Counted from the first letter of the stretch, positions 25,585 to 39,429 are shown. The stretch: DNA of 64,000 nt from Octopus sinensis (GCF_006345805.1 NC_043004.1:80104001-80168000), one strand, 5' to 3'. Notes: generated by a model not told the origin, from the letters alone. Numbers and translations: made by a program.

Positions 25585-26020
25585 CAGTTGTTGTTGTCTT
25601 CCCTTTTGTCTCGGGTGACAATGGAGTTGCGCATAAACTAATCCAGTCTGGTTTTTACATTTCATATCCTCTCTAGTTTCCTCTCCAGTTTTGCGTAGGC
25701 CCTGGCTACATGTATGAAAATCCTGGGTAGCCCAATCGTCAGGATTCCTCTCTCGACCTTGCTGACGTAGTCCCAAGGAGTGCAGAGTATTACGTTTGGC
25801 ACCAGCTTGGTTGCAGGAGCTGCCGGAAGAGTGTCGAGTCGAACACTAAACCGCCTATGGGGCTCCACTCCGGATTTCTTTGAAGGTTGTCTCCTTTCCG
25901 TAACCCTGGATAGGGGCTCATACCGAGTACTGTCAGCCGGAGCCAGTTGAACCGGGACTCGTGTCTGGCAGGGTCTTCACTTCCTGAAGTAGTGAAGAAA
26001 ATCGTTACCCACTACCTAGA
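25585..26020 (-). mobile_element. Probable non-autonomous RTE-derived element
   Basis: GC-richer segment containing AAATCCGGAGTGGAGCCCC (RTE 5' UTR-like) and a (CAA)n tail; no ORF. Confidence 0.4.
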
Positions 26021-26129
26021 TATAATATCATGAAGACAATAACGCAATATAGATAATAACGAACCACGGGGTTCTGGGTTAAGCCCCATTACCTGACACG
26101 TTGGTCGCTCTCAGGCCCACAAAAGACTT

Positions 26130-27085
26130 GTAAATAGATTTAGTTAACGGAAATTGAAACGTGTCCATTGTGTGTGTGTGCGTCGTTGTGTCTGTGTTTG
26201 TCTCCCACCATTTGACACCCTGTTTTGGTGTGTTTACGTCCCTGTAACTTAAAGGTTCAGCAAAAGAGACCGGTTGAAAAAGTACGAAGATTAGAAAAGA
26301 AAGATCTGGGGGTCGATTCGTTCGACTAAAATCCTTCAAGGTGGTGCCCCAGCATGGCTGCACTCTAAGGACTGAAACAAATAAACGATAAAAAAAGCGA
26401 TAATCCTTTCCACTATAGACACAAGGTCTGAAATTCGAGGCGGGAGAGGAACTAGGGGATTACATCGACCCCAGAATTCACCTGATACTTATTTCATCGA
26501 CCCTGAAGGGATGACTGGCTAAGTCCACCTCGGCAGAATTTGAACTCAAAACATATCGCCAGTAGAAATAACGCTATGGTTGTGATGCATGTGCCTTGTG
26601 TACCCTTATTAGACGAAATATTCATGATGGGTATACTGGACTTCGTATATTTGTATCCCAGTGTCACTTTGATGACGTATGCTGCTGTCTCTCACTCAAG
26701 AAGATGAAAAAGAAGAAGAAGAAGCAGAAGAAGAAGAAGAAGAAGAAGAAGAAGAAGAAGAAGAAGAAGAAGAAGAAGAAGAAGAAGAAGAAGAAGAAGA
26801 AGAAGAAGAAGATTAATGATTCTGTCAGCTCACCGTTTTTAGAGATAATAGAAATATTGAAATACGGATGTCCCTTTTTCTTATGGGTACAAGACCTGAA
26901 ATTTTTCAGGAAAGGGCATCTGGATTACATCGACTCTTGTGGTTGACTGGGACTTTTCTCGATGACTTTGATGGCATGAGTAAAAAGATTGATCGTGTGG
27001 ATATTTGAAATCAGAATGTAAAAGATGGCCGAAATGCCACAAAGCATTTGGTCAAACGCACTAACGATTCTTCCAGTTCGCTCCT
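26130..27085. mobile_element. Cluster: SINE family 3 tail (+), OR SINEs (-), partial element X (+), (AAG)n
   Basis: SINE tail 26130-26390; OR cores ~26400-26575 and ~26860-27085; X fragment 26575-26698; (AAG)n 26699-26812. Confidence 0.7.
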
Positions 27086-27633
27086 TAAAAAGTGAATAAT
27101 AGAAGAGACACAATTCTGATCATATATCCGAGATAATATAGCGCATAGAATACAGATAATATGATAAAGGAAATACAGATAATTCGATACAGATTAGAGA
27201 GATAATGTAATATATATGATATAATTTAGATAATAGAAATAATGCAGTGAAGATAATAATGTAGACAGTCCTGATTATGTGATAAAGACAATATAAATAA
27301 TAAAAGGCAGATAATACGGATTAAGTAACTCAATAGAGATAATACAATTGAAACAGTGCAATTGTGATATATATGTACGAGAGGTGATAAGGATATTAAA
27401 TGATGTAGTACACCGTACCTCTAAAAGTACGAGATGGTCTCAGCTGGAACGCTTTTTGGTTAGGTGTCTGACCGATAGGGCCTAGAAGCATGAAACAAGA
27501 AATAGGAAAACTAGAGCCCAGTATATGAGCATGTGTGTATGCGTGTATCGACATACATACACACACACACATATATATTATAATATATATATATATTATA
27601 TATATGTAGTGTGTGTGTGTGTGTGTGTGTATG

Positions 27634-27673
<40 letters not shown>

Positions 27674-27865
27674 TATATATACATATATATATATAGGTAA
27701 AAAACGGTAAGATAGCAAAAGAAAGAAAGAGACCTCAATATTATGCAAATAGAGGAATTTATCTGTAAATGTAATGTGTGACAATTATCCGAAACTCAGA
27801 GTTTTATCTGGCTACCGAGTAATTGTCACATTATACATTTACATATATATATATATATATATATT

Positions 27866-27910
<45 letters not shown>

Positions 27911-27911
27911 C

Positions 27912-27955
<44 letters not shown>

Positions 27956-28040
27956 AGATATACATATAATATATATAATATTATTAGTGAATTGAAGAAA
28001 TGGAGTTGAACGAAGATTGAACAGAAATCGTTTTATTGCA

Positions 28041-28120
28041 TTCTACACGTGTTTCGAAAGGCACAATTTACCAAATTCCGATTGAATAAGGAGACCATAT
28101 TGTGTCTTTCTCTTCAGGAA
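28041..28120 (-). ncRNA. Type-I hammerhead ribozyme, intact core, long stem II
   Basis: TTC-CTGAAGA-GAAAGACACAAT...ATTGTGCCTTTC-GAAAC-acgt-GTA-GAA; stem II 11/12 bp; in a ~300-bp element between (TA)n arrays. Confidence 0.85.
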
Positions 28121-28297
28121 GAAATAGGAAATCCGTTGGAAAAAACAAAAACAGAACAGAGGCGGAGCAAAACAAATCGAACGAGGCTCCTAAGAGCCCA
28201 TGGCCAAACCGTGCTGTCTTCTGCTGTGATTTTTGCTACCAAGGTATCGGTTAAACTTTTGATTAATCTGCAACAAGATTATTCATCTTTCTATTTC

Positions 28298-28367
<70 letters not shown>

Positions 28368-28469
28368 ATATATATTATATATATATGTATATCTATATAC
28401 ATACATACATTTATATATATATATATATGTACGTATGTATATATATACATATATATATATATGTATGTA

Positions 28470-28515
<46 letters not shown>

Positions 28516-28563
28516 ATATAATATATACGCACACACATACACATATACATATAATTATAATAC

Positions 28564-28737
28564 GGGCAACTATTGAGTAGCGCCACATGCTAGAAGTAGA
28601 CGCCAAATGGCGTCTTATTTATCACATAGACTCGGGCTGGAAGCGACAGAAATGAACAAAAATTTTTTTATGATAAATAAGGTAGTTTTAGTGCCATTTG
28701 GCGTCTACTTCTAGCATGTGGCTCCTCGGTAGTCGCC
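28564..28737. mobile_element. MITE-like hairpin
   Basis: Perfect 30-bp inverted repeat 28582-28611 / 28693-28722 with imperfect extensions on both sides. Confidence 0.7.
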
Positions 28738-28934
28738 ATTATTATAATTTTATAATTATATTTATAAAATTATATATTTTGTATTAATTTTTACCTTAAT
28801 GGTTTATTACATGCTAGTTACTTCACAAAACCCTATATAGCTTTTAGCCTTGATTATAATAATACACACACACATACACATATATATATATAGATAGATA
28901 GTTAGAGAGAGAGAGAGAGAGATGTACTAGAGAT

Positions 28935-29995
28935 AATCCTTTTTACCATAGGCACAAGGTCTGAAATTTAGTGAGGGGGCAGTCGATTAGATCGAAACCA
29001 GTACGCAATTGGTACTTAATTTATCGAGCTCGAAAGGATGAAAGGCAAATTTGACCTCGGCGGAATTTGAACTCAGCACGTAGCGATGGGGTGAATATTG
29101 CTAAGCATTTCGTCCAGCGTGCTACCGATTCTGCCAATCTCACCGCCTTTATGTTAATAGAGATAATGTAATAGGAACATCACTGATCACATAATACTGA
29201 TAATGCAATACTGATAATATGATACAAGTAATATAATATAGAAATAAAAGAGATAATGGGATAGAGGTAATAAAATATAGACAATTCTGATAATGAAATA
29301 AAGATAATACAAATAATGATTTCAAATATGGTAAAAGGCTAGCAATTTTAGGGGAAGGATGAAGTCGATTAGACCAACCCCAGTGCTCAACTGGTACTTA
29401 ATTTATCGACCCCGAAAGGATGAAAGGAAAAATAGATCTCGGCGGAATAATAATAATCTTTTCTAGTATATGCACAGACATTTTGGGGAGGGGTAAGTCG
29501 ATTATATCGACCCCAGTGCATAACTGGTATTTATTTAATCGACCTCGAAAGGATGAAATGCAAAGTCGAATTCGGTAGAATAATAATAATAATAATAATA
29601 ATATTTTTTACTCCAGGTACAAGGCCCGAAATTTTTGGGGAGGTGACCAGTCGATTAGATCGACCCTAGTACGCGGTTGGTACTTAATTTATCGATCCAG
29701 AAAGGATAAAAGGCAAAGTCGAGTTCGGCGGAATTCGAACTCAGAACGTAACGACTCGCGAAATACCCATTTCTTTGCTACCCACAAGGGGCTAAACACA
29801 GAGGGGACAAACAAGGACAAATGGATTAAGTCGATTGCATCGACCCCAGTGCGTAACTAGTACTTATTTAATCGACCCCGAAAGGATAAAAGGCAAAGTC
29901 GACCTCGGCGGAATTCGAACTCAAAACGTAACGACTGGCGAAATACCGCTAAACGTTTCGTCCAGCTTACTGATGATTTTGATAGGTCACTGCCT
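28935..29995 (-). mobile_element. Head-to-tail array of ~5 OR-type SINEs
   Basis: Repeated reverse cores (GTACTTAATTTATCGA..GAAAGGATGAAAGGCAAAGTCGAC). Confidence 0.85.
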
Positions 29996-30009
29996 TAGAT
30001 AATACAAAT

Positions 30010-30380
30010 AATATAAAGCAGAAAATGCAGATGCTGTGATACTTGCAACGGAATGGAATTTACTAAAGGAAACACTGGACCAAGTGAAGGTGTTAAATCG
30101 GGATCGAACCGAGGCGACAGTGGAAAACAGTCGGACAACACTTGCGGTGTGGTATGAATAAACTGAAAGAAATGTAGTTTCGATGTGATCTCGTAAGCCA
30201 GGAAGCCATGTTAGCGCCCATCACGCAAATCTGTAAAATTATTAATATTTGATGACATGGTGTGAACAGTTACAAAGAAACCTCGCCAAGTCTGCTTTAA
30301 ATATGAAAAGATGCAATCTTGCCAAGAGATTTGCTGTGAATAGAGATGTTTGCCGGCGGCTATCTTTTTCCATATAGACC
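30010..30380 (+). pseudogene. Possible RTE LINE C-terminal remnant
   Basis: TWCEQLQRNLAKSAL..AVNRDVCRR resembles the RTE C-terminal KTW..DL..A.DR..WR pattern; very decayed. Confidence 0.35.
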
Positions 30381-30890
30381 ATGCGATATGTTGACATAAA
30401 TGACACGAGGACACATGCTGAATACGGGGGAGAGCGGTAAATGCCAACGGTTTTGAAAGAAAGAGCGTTTCCTCTATGACAACAAAAATAATTCTTCAAT
30501 CATTCAGTTTTCCTTCCAATCTATCGAACTTCAGGTTAATTAAATTTCGCCTTTCACCCCTGTTGTGATTGCCATGGCTACAACAATTTGTACTTAATGA
30601 AGATTCTAACTAATGAGACTTGGATGGATAACTATTTCAAACAAAGAACAAACAAACAAATGAAAAAAAAAACAGACATAATGAATTATTAAATTTAAAA
30701 CAGTAATTAACTCAAGAATAAATTGTTACATGTAATTAGTGTTGCTGTTGTTGTTCTTGCTCTTTGCATTACTCTTGTAATTCTCTTCGTTTGCTCCTCT
30801 TCCCACCCTTTTCTTGCCTTCCTCCTCCTCCTCCTCCTCCTCCTCCTCCTCTTCCTCCTTCTTCTTCTTCTTCTTCTCTTCTTCTTCTTC

Positions 30891-30924
<34 letters not shown>

Positions 30925-30933
<9 letters not shown>

Positions 30934-31791
30934 GTAAGGCGTTGTACTGACAGAATCGTTAGCACACCGGCAGAAATGCTTGGCGACATTTCATCCGGCC
31001 TTACGTTCTGAGTTCAAATTCCGCCGAGGTCGACTTTGCCTTTCATCCTTTCGGGGTCGATAAAAGACATACCAGTTGAACACTGGGGTAGATGAAATCG
31101 GCATTAAATAGGTTAAATCAATTAACCTATGAGCTGTTCAAAACGTCTTACGCGATGAGAAAACTTAGTATGGTGTGATTTCGGTCCTTGCGAGGCGCTA
31201 CCTATATCTATTAAACAAAGGAAGATTTGTCTGCATCCGCACTCCAAGTTGTTGTTGCACTGCTATGTCAACATCATAAGGCTGTAGACTCTCAAACTGC
31301 TCTGCAAACAAAGTTACGTCATCGTTCTGCGCAACAGTGAACTCGCAACAAAGCAATAGTTCGAGATATGGCCACTAGGTGACAGCACATACCTTGAGTG
31401 AAGAGCAAATCAAGGGTGCTAATTAATTTCTGACGGTAGTGTAAGTACCAGTCAAATACTGGGGTCGATGTAATAAACCTATCTGCTCCCTCGATCTTGC
31501 GGGCCTTTTGAGAAAATTTGGAACTAAATGCTGTGAGCTAGCAGAGGCGTTAGCGCGTCGAAAAAATGCTTAGTTTATAGGCATATATTCTGGCTATCTT
31601 TACGTTCTTGGCTCAAATTCCACTCGCGTCAACTTTGCCTTTCATACTTCCGAAGTCCCTAAAATAAGAACCAGTCAATTAATGGGGTTTGATGCAATCG
31701 ACTTACCTTTCCCCTCAAAAACTGCGGGCCCTGAGCCAGAATTTGTAATCATTATTATTTTACTTACTACTACTACTACTACTACTACTAC

Positions 31792-31837
<46 letters not shown>

Positions 31838-31850
31838 CTACTACTACTAC

Positions 31851-31904
<54 letters not shown>

Positions 31905-32320
31905 CGGCCATCACTGCTGACGAAGTAGATGTGTTTAAGTCTCTTCGACAGGAGTTATTTACTAGATGAAATAGTTAACCCCATCCACCCCACAATACTT
32001 CCATACAGATAACTTAATACATTTCGGAGTCCTCTCTTACAGAGGCCAACAAAAGCAAAAAGAATAAATAAATAAAATAAAGTTTGCATTTTACGTTTTC
32101 TTTTAGACAAAATATTTTTTCCTCTTACGTCACCGAGAAAAAAATATGGCCGAGAATATTTCACGTCGCGCTTCTCAAAAGAACGCTGAATTATATAAAA
32201 TAAGCCATTTTCTCGGAGAAAATGAACAAAAAAAAATTAGAGAAAGCAAGTTAAATTATTAACATCCACGGATACAAAGAAAACACAGACATCAACCGAG
32301 TGTAAGCCTTGAATCTCGTT

Positions 32321-32351
<31 letters not shown>

Positions 32352-33101
32352 CCACCACCACCACCACCACCACCACCATCGTCACCATCGTCATCATCGT
32401 CGTCATCATCGTACTCACCATCGTCATCGTCATCGTCACCATCGTCATCATCGTCGTCACCATCGTACTCACCATCGTCATCATCATCGTCACCATCGTC
32501 ATCGTCACCATCATCAGCGTCATCATCGTCATCATCGTCATCGTAATCGTCATCATCGTCATCGTCATCGTTATTATCGTCATCGTCATTATCGTCATCG
32601 TCATCATCGTCATCGTCATCGTCATCATCGTCATCATCATCATCGTCGTCATCATCATCATCATCAACATCATCATCATCAACAACAACGGTGTTCCTAT
32701 TCGTATCATTTCGGGTGTAAACACAACAAAGAATTGATTCATGTTACTGATTTGTCCATCCAGGAAAATCCTTGATATGAAGCATTTTCCTGAAAGATCG
32801 AAAGCATGAGAACATTGTGAGCACCGAACTGAGGTCAATGTTTCACAACCCAGAACGCAAGCAGCCGAAAGAAGTACATTTGGTCCGTTGTTGTTGTTGA
32901 TGTTGTTGTTGTTGTTAGGCGGTTAGTTGGTAAAATCATGTTCAAATTTCTCTGAAATCACCTTTGCCTTTCGTTCTTTCGGAAGTTATGAAGTAACGTA
33001 CCAGTCATGTACGGGGGCGGGATTGATGTAAACCGACCTTCACCTCCCTTCAAAGTTGCTACCCTAGAGCCGAAATTAGAAAGAATCATTATTATTTTAC
33101 T

Positions 33102-33153
<52 letters not shown>

Positions 33154-34140
33154 ACTAGTACTAAGAGGCTCGTGAGAGGAGAGAAATAACGTACCTCTGT
33201 ATTGACACAACATGGTTCTTTTTTTATCCTATCAAACCTAGAATTGAAGAAAGTCTTGGTAGACATTTTAAGTTGGCGTCTTCCATATTCTCATTTCAGT
33301 TTCTACGAAGGTCAATCTTGCCTTTCATCCTTTGGTATCGATTATAAAAAAAGGGCCAAGCAAACACTGGGATCGATACAATCAATGAATCTCCTCTCCG
33401 CTCGCTCAGATGTCAGACTATGTGCTAAGTTACAAATTATTCTCATTATTATTTGCGTTGTTGAAGGCGGCGAGCTGACAGAATCGTTAGCACGCCGGGC
33501 GAAATGCTTAGCGGTATTTCGTTTGCCGCTACATTTTGAGTTCAAATTCCGCTGAGTTCGACTTTGCCTTTCATACTTTCGGGGTCGATAAATTAAGTGC
33601 CAGTGAAACAGTGAGGTCGATGTAATCGACTGGTCCTCTTCCCCCAAATTTCAAGGCCTTGTGCCTTCGGTAGAACGGATTATTATTTGCATTGATAGTT
33701 TGAGAGAATCTTTAGAGTGTCGAACAAAATGTCCAATGGTATTTGTTCCTGCTCTTTACGCTGTGAATTCAACTACTGCTGAGGTTGACTTTGCCTTTCA
33801 TCTTTTAGGGGCCTGTAAAATAAGTACCAGTTGTATACTGGGGTCGATGTTATCGACAAGCCCCTTCCATTCAAAAACTGCTAGCCTTGTGCAAAAATTT
33901 GAGACCATTATTATTATTATTAAAGCGGCGAGATGGCAGAATTGTTAGCGAGCTGGACGAAATGCTTAGCGGCATTTCGTCTGTCATTACGTTCTGGGTT
34001 CAAATTCCGCCGAGGTCAACTTTGCCTTTCATCCTTTTGGGGTGACTAAATTAAACACCGGTCAAGTAGTTGGGTCGATGTGATCCACTTACCTCCTCCC
34101 AACAAATTTATTGCTTTGTATCTTTAGTAGAAAGGATTGT
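30925..34140 (+). mobile_element. Array of ~8 co-oriented OR-type SINEs separated by triplet microsatellites
   Basis: Cores at ~31020, 31440, 31620, 32960, 33310, 33550, 33780, 34010. Confidence 0.8.
32320..32680 (+). repeat. (ATC/GTC/ACC)n compound triplet repeat
   Basis: Direct reading. Confidence 0.95.
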
Positions 34141-34154
34141 TGTCGTTGTTGTTG

Positions 34155-34194
<40 letters not shown>

Positions 34195-34486
34195 CATTAT
34201 TATTATTATTATTATTATTATTTTTAAGCGATGAGTTGGCAGAATTTTAGCGGTATTTCAGGTTTTGTGTCCTTTGTAGAAAGGGTTATTTTTTATTCTT
34301 TCATTCTCTTATTTGTTTCAGCCATGTGACTGCGGTCATGCTGGACCACCGCCTATTTGTTCATTTATTATTTTTCAAGAGAAGTGTGTTGTGTACTATT
34401 TTCTGTTACACTGCAAAACGAATGACAAAAAAAAGGGCAAAATTCTTCCTTCGCTTCATATTTTTATGTATTTCTCATTATTATTA

Positions 34487-34547
<61 letters not shown>

Positions 34548-34552
34548 CATTA

Positions 34553-34597
<45 letters not shown>

Positions 34598-34816
34598 CAT
34601 TATTTGTCAAAGTGATATGCAAACGAAGAAGTGGATGTGACATAACTTTCATTGGCACTAGAAATGAAAAAGAGAGAAAAAATATTAAAAATGATTTTAA
34701 CTAAAAAGAATGAACTCAAAGCTCACACAACAGGCATACACAAGCATATACATACATACATACATACATACATACATACATACATACATACATACATACA
34801 TACATACATACATACA

Positions 34817-34859
<43 letters not shown>

Positions 34860-35275
34860 TCATAAATGCACATCCGCACACAAATACACACATACATGCA
34901 CACGTAAGCATAAGCACACACACACAAACACGCATACGCACACATACACATATACATACACACACATTTATTCACAAATATACACCTAGGCATAGGCACA
35001 CATCTGTGTGAGATGGCAGCAGTAAAAAGATTGCTAGGTTTTGACGATTCTTTGAATATTTGAAGCTAATTGAATGAAAGTTGGATACCACAGAAATGAT
35101 AACAATAATAATAAACTAATAATAATAATAATAATGATAATAATAAATGAATAAATAAATAAATTCAACACAAAAGAAAGAACGAACAAAAATTAGAAAA
35201 ACAACATGAGGACTGATTCATAAAATGGTGTTGAGAAAATGCATGTAAAACATGTGTGTATGTACACATACATAT

Positions 35276-35307
<32 letters not shown>

Positions 35308-35420
35308 GCCTACATACAAATTCATACATATACATATACAGACATACATCTATATACGTACATATATACATACACACACATATATATATAATTTTTCTAA
35401 ATTTAATTATTTAATCGTTA

Positions 35421-35458
35421 CAGTTGAAAAGGTCTCAAAATGACCGAAACCGGTACTG
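35421..35458 (+). ncRNA. Degenerate hammerhead (C3U, G8A)
   Basis: CAG-TTGAAAA-GGTC-loop-GACC-GAAAC-cg-GTA-CTG. Confidence 0.6.
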
Positions 35459-35511
35459 AAATGTTCACTATAAAATTATTTTAGCATTTTCTATTTTTGA
35501 CTTGTTTTTTC

Positions 35512-35545
<34 letters not shown>

Positions 35546-35554
35546 CACACACAC

Positions 35555-35601
<47 letters not shown>

Positions 35602-35709
35602 GCATATTTTTATGTTTATAAATGTTGCTTTGCTTCTATGATGTATGTGTGCATGCATGTATCTTTGTATTTATGTGTGTTCATGTATGTATGTTTGCAT
35701 ATAAATGTT

Positions 35710-35756
<47 letters not shown>

Positions 35757-35873
35757 ATATATGTATATATATATACATATATATACACATGCATACATAT
35801 ATATAAACACATATATATATATATATACATATGCATACATATACATACATACATACATACATACATACATACA

Positions 35874-35932
<59 letters not shown>

Positions 35933-36056
35933 AGCTCACATATATATATTTACATATATAATATATACATACATAAACATACATTCATATATATATATAC
36001 ATTTCTGTGTGTACGTATGTATATAAATGATGTGTTCATGTAAGTATGTGTATCTA

Positions 36057-38935
36057 TGTATATGTGTGTGCATACGACCTCAGCTTTCGTTTCCTTGCCT
36101 GTTTTGTAATAAGTGTTAGCAGCCTAGTCTTCTTCAAATCACGCCTCGACATATCGTATCGAGTCTGCACACATTAGAAAATCACACCTACATAATCGTA
36201 AATATATGGTAAGTTTACGAGTGGAAGGATGTTGGCCACAAGTCCTACAGGATCATTTTTGATCTGGCTATAAACGGTGAATAGGTGATAAATTAATCAT
36301 GTTTGAAAAAACAGAGGGGAACCTTTTTCGTTCTGTGTTCGTGAAGAAGTTTCGTTGAAATTAAGAAATATGGCGAAATGATGGCAGAGAAGTTTAAGTG
36401 AAAGAATAAGGCGAGAAACGAGTAATAGTAGGCATTAAAAGATGAAGGAAACGGTGACTGAATGATGTAAACAATGCTATAGATATTAGCGACAAGGGTA
36501 ATATTGATGCCGAGGAGTGATATATATCCCCCACTTGAATTTGGATATAATGTTAGAACAAACTTAACTGCGATGTGTAAATAACAATGAAGAAAACCAA
36601 GGCCAACCAAGAACGGAGTAACAACTGGATGACGGGATGAGATGCAGAATAAAGAATGGTGGAAATTTAGACAAACAGAAGAAATGGTAGTAGACATAAA
36701 ATGAAATGATGAAGAAGTGATAGATTTGGTCAAATAAGAAGGGATATAAGATTTATAAAAGATGAAGGAAATGGTGACTGAATGATGTAAACTATGTTAG
36801 ATGAGTAAAGAGTGACGGAGAAGTTTAGGTAAAAGCAAGAAGGGAGTGATAGTAGATATACAAGAAAATAATGGCGGAATGTAATGAAGGAAAAAGAATG
36901 ACGAAGAATTTTGAATGAAACAAGAAGGAATAACAATTTTGTAAATGACAAAGAAAACGATGACGATATGAAATAAATGGTGTGTTTTGAGGAATAAAGA
37001 ATGATGAAGAATTTCGATTGAAACAAAAAAATGAAATGATAGCAGATATAAAAGACGTAGAAAAATAACCAGGAAGGGATAATGTAAACATTTGATAATT
37101 GAATAAAGAAAGTTCTGGAGATGCGAAATAATACAAGAAGAGAATAGAGAGTTGAGAATAGAATGACTGAGCCAATATTATCAAGAGAATTACAATAGAA
37201 GAGTTTATAACACAATAGGATTAGATAAGATTAGAGTAGTTGATTTCGCAAATATTACGTGAATGGGGGAGATTAAAACCTGTGAGCTGGAAGAGTAGGG
37301 AAATGGCAGTCTTAAAAATAAAGGTGTTACAAGGCGAAAAGTGAAGCAATTTGATTGCCGAGTAAAATTGAAATAAAATCTGTAATAATAGACAGGGAAA
37401 AAATATTTTAAAAAATATAGAAAGAAAGCTATTATGTAACTACAAGAAAAGAATGGAGGCACTAAGAATAAGATGAGAATGGAATAAATTATATTGCGGA
37501 TTAAATTTATTTTTACTTGTTTCTTTATTTTTGATTGTTGTTTTCGCTCGCGATTAAGGCTAGAATATGTTTTTTAAAGTCTAAGAGTAAGGGAAGGATG
37601 TGCAATAAAGGTTAATAAAGGGTAAGGGATTAGGGGCCTATGAATAATGAACAGTGACTAATAAGATACAACTCTGAAAAAGGGGGGAGTGGCCTTAACG
37701 AATAAGAAGGGGTTTATTGAAACAAAAATGTGTTAGTAAGACAGTACTGGGGTGGAGGAGTAAGGATAAGGGTCTGGAGATAAATGAAACTCGTGAACGG
37801 AATCCTTATTTCGAAAGACAACGATCCACAGGATCAATTTTCTTCTCGCGTTTGCGTGAAATTAAACCAATGCAGAGTAAACTCCATATGAATAAAGCAC
37901 TGATGTCTCCCTTCTTTGTTGGAATTGAGAATCAGCCCTACAAACTAATGAAATGCATTTGTACAAAGAACGCCATCGCCGCTGACACTAGCAATTTATA
38001 ATTTAGCCTGAGATACAGGCTAAAGTCGTTCATCTTGTCTTGGCCAAGATACGAAACATTTAACATTACACTTTCAGCTGCTTACCTATCACACGGTCAG
38101 TTCAACCACAGCCTTCATTAAGCACAAAGACAACGTGAGTTATATTGGTTTCAAAATTTGGCACAAGACCAGAAATTTCAAGGGATTACACCGACCTCAG
38201 TGCCTGACTGGTACTTATTTTATCAACCCGGAAAGGATGAAAGGCAATGTCGACCTCGGTGGAATTTGAACTCAGAAATTCTGCGTGTTAACGATTCTGC
38301 TCACTCGCTTTATTAAAGTACAAGGCCAGCAAATACAGGGGACGGCGTGTGTTGATTACATTGACCCTCAATGTTCAACTGGTACTTATTTTATCAATGC
38401 CGAAAGGATAAAAAGCATAGTCAGCCCCAGCGGAATTTGAACCCAGAAAGCAAAAAGCGACAAAATGCCACTAAGCATTTTGTCTGGCGCGGTAACAACT
38501 CTGCCAAGTTTCTGTCTTAAAACGAGATTTATGTATATGTGTGTGCATACGACCTCAGCTTTCGCTTCCTTGCCTGTTTTGTAATGAGTGTTAGCAGCCT
38601 AGTCTTCTTCAAATCACGCCTCGACATATCGTATCAAGTCTGCACACATTAGAAAATCTCGCCTACATAAGGAAAATATATGGTTACTTTATGAGTGGAA
38701 GGATGTTGGCCACAAGTCCTACAGGATCATTTTTGATCTGGCTATAAAGGATGAATAGGTGATAACTTAATCATGTTTGAAAAAACAGAGGGGAGCATTT
38801 TCGTTATATGTTCGTGAAGAAGTTTCGTTGAAATTGAGAAATATGGCGAAATGATGGCAAAGAAATTTAAGTGAAAGAATAAGGCGAGAAAGGAGTAATA
38901 GTAGGCATTAAAAGATGAAGGAAATGGTGACTGAG
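36057..38935. repeat. ~400-bp direct duplication (36057-36465 / 38530-38935) of an unclassified purine-rich element
   Basis: Near-identical blocks starting GTATATGTGTGTGCATACGACCTCAGC; copies diverge after GATGAAGGAAA(C/T)GGTGACTGA. Confidence 0.8.
38150..38510 (-). mobile_element. Two degenerate OR-type SINEs
   Basis: Reverse cores at ~38200-38270 and ~38370-38450. Confidence 0.75.
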
Positions 38936-39429
38936 TTATTAAAAGGTCAGCTTGGTAAAAATTGGCAGCGTTTACGACACCAGAAGGCCTTTTCCGACTT
39001 AGGGGACTGGTGGCTGAAAACTCTACAATGGAAATGTCTAGGGGAAAATTATTAGGGAGGAGATCGGAAAATGATGTTCGACTGTTTGTAAAACGTTCCC
39101 AAGGACAAGGAAGTGACGTTAACCGGAACAACGTGTTAAGATCTATCGCGTTAGCCAGTTTATAAGGACGACACGGCGAGAAAGGGTGATAAACGAAGCT
39201 AGGTTTGTTGTCAACTGATTCTTTTTACAAGAGACGTAAATCGAGCAAAGGAATAAAACCAAGGAACTGGTAATAAAAATTAATTGAGAAGACAGGAAAG
39301 AATAATTAAGGAAGAAAACGCCAGATCAATTAACAATCTGACTGTGTGAGATTGTCAGTTAAGAAGGTTATTGTGAAAAAAAACATAAATTAAATAATTG
39401 AATGTGCGATGCAATCAACGTAGTATTAG

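Noticed and set aside
30012-30070. ADAVILATEW resembling UDP-glucose dehydrogenase
   Set aside because: In-frame stop immediately upstream, no acceptor, no further similarity; the context fits an RTE remnant or chance.
31371-31389. CTCF-like motif GCCACTAGGTGACAGCAC
   Set aside because: Mismatch at a core G; single occurrence; untestable from sequence.
32263-32775. Long His/Arg-rich open frame
   Set aside because: All three plus frames of an ATC/GTC repeat are stop-free; no start codon or splice signals.
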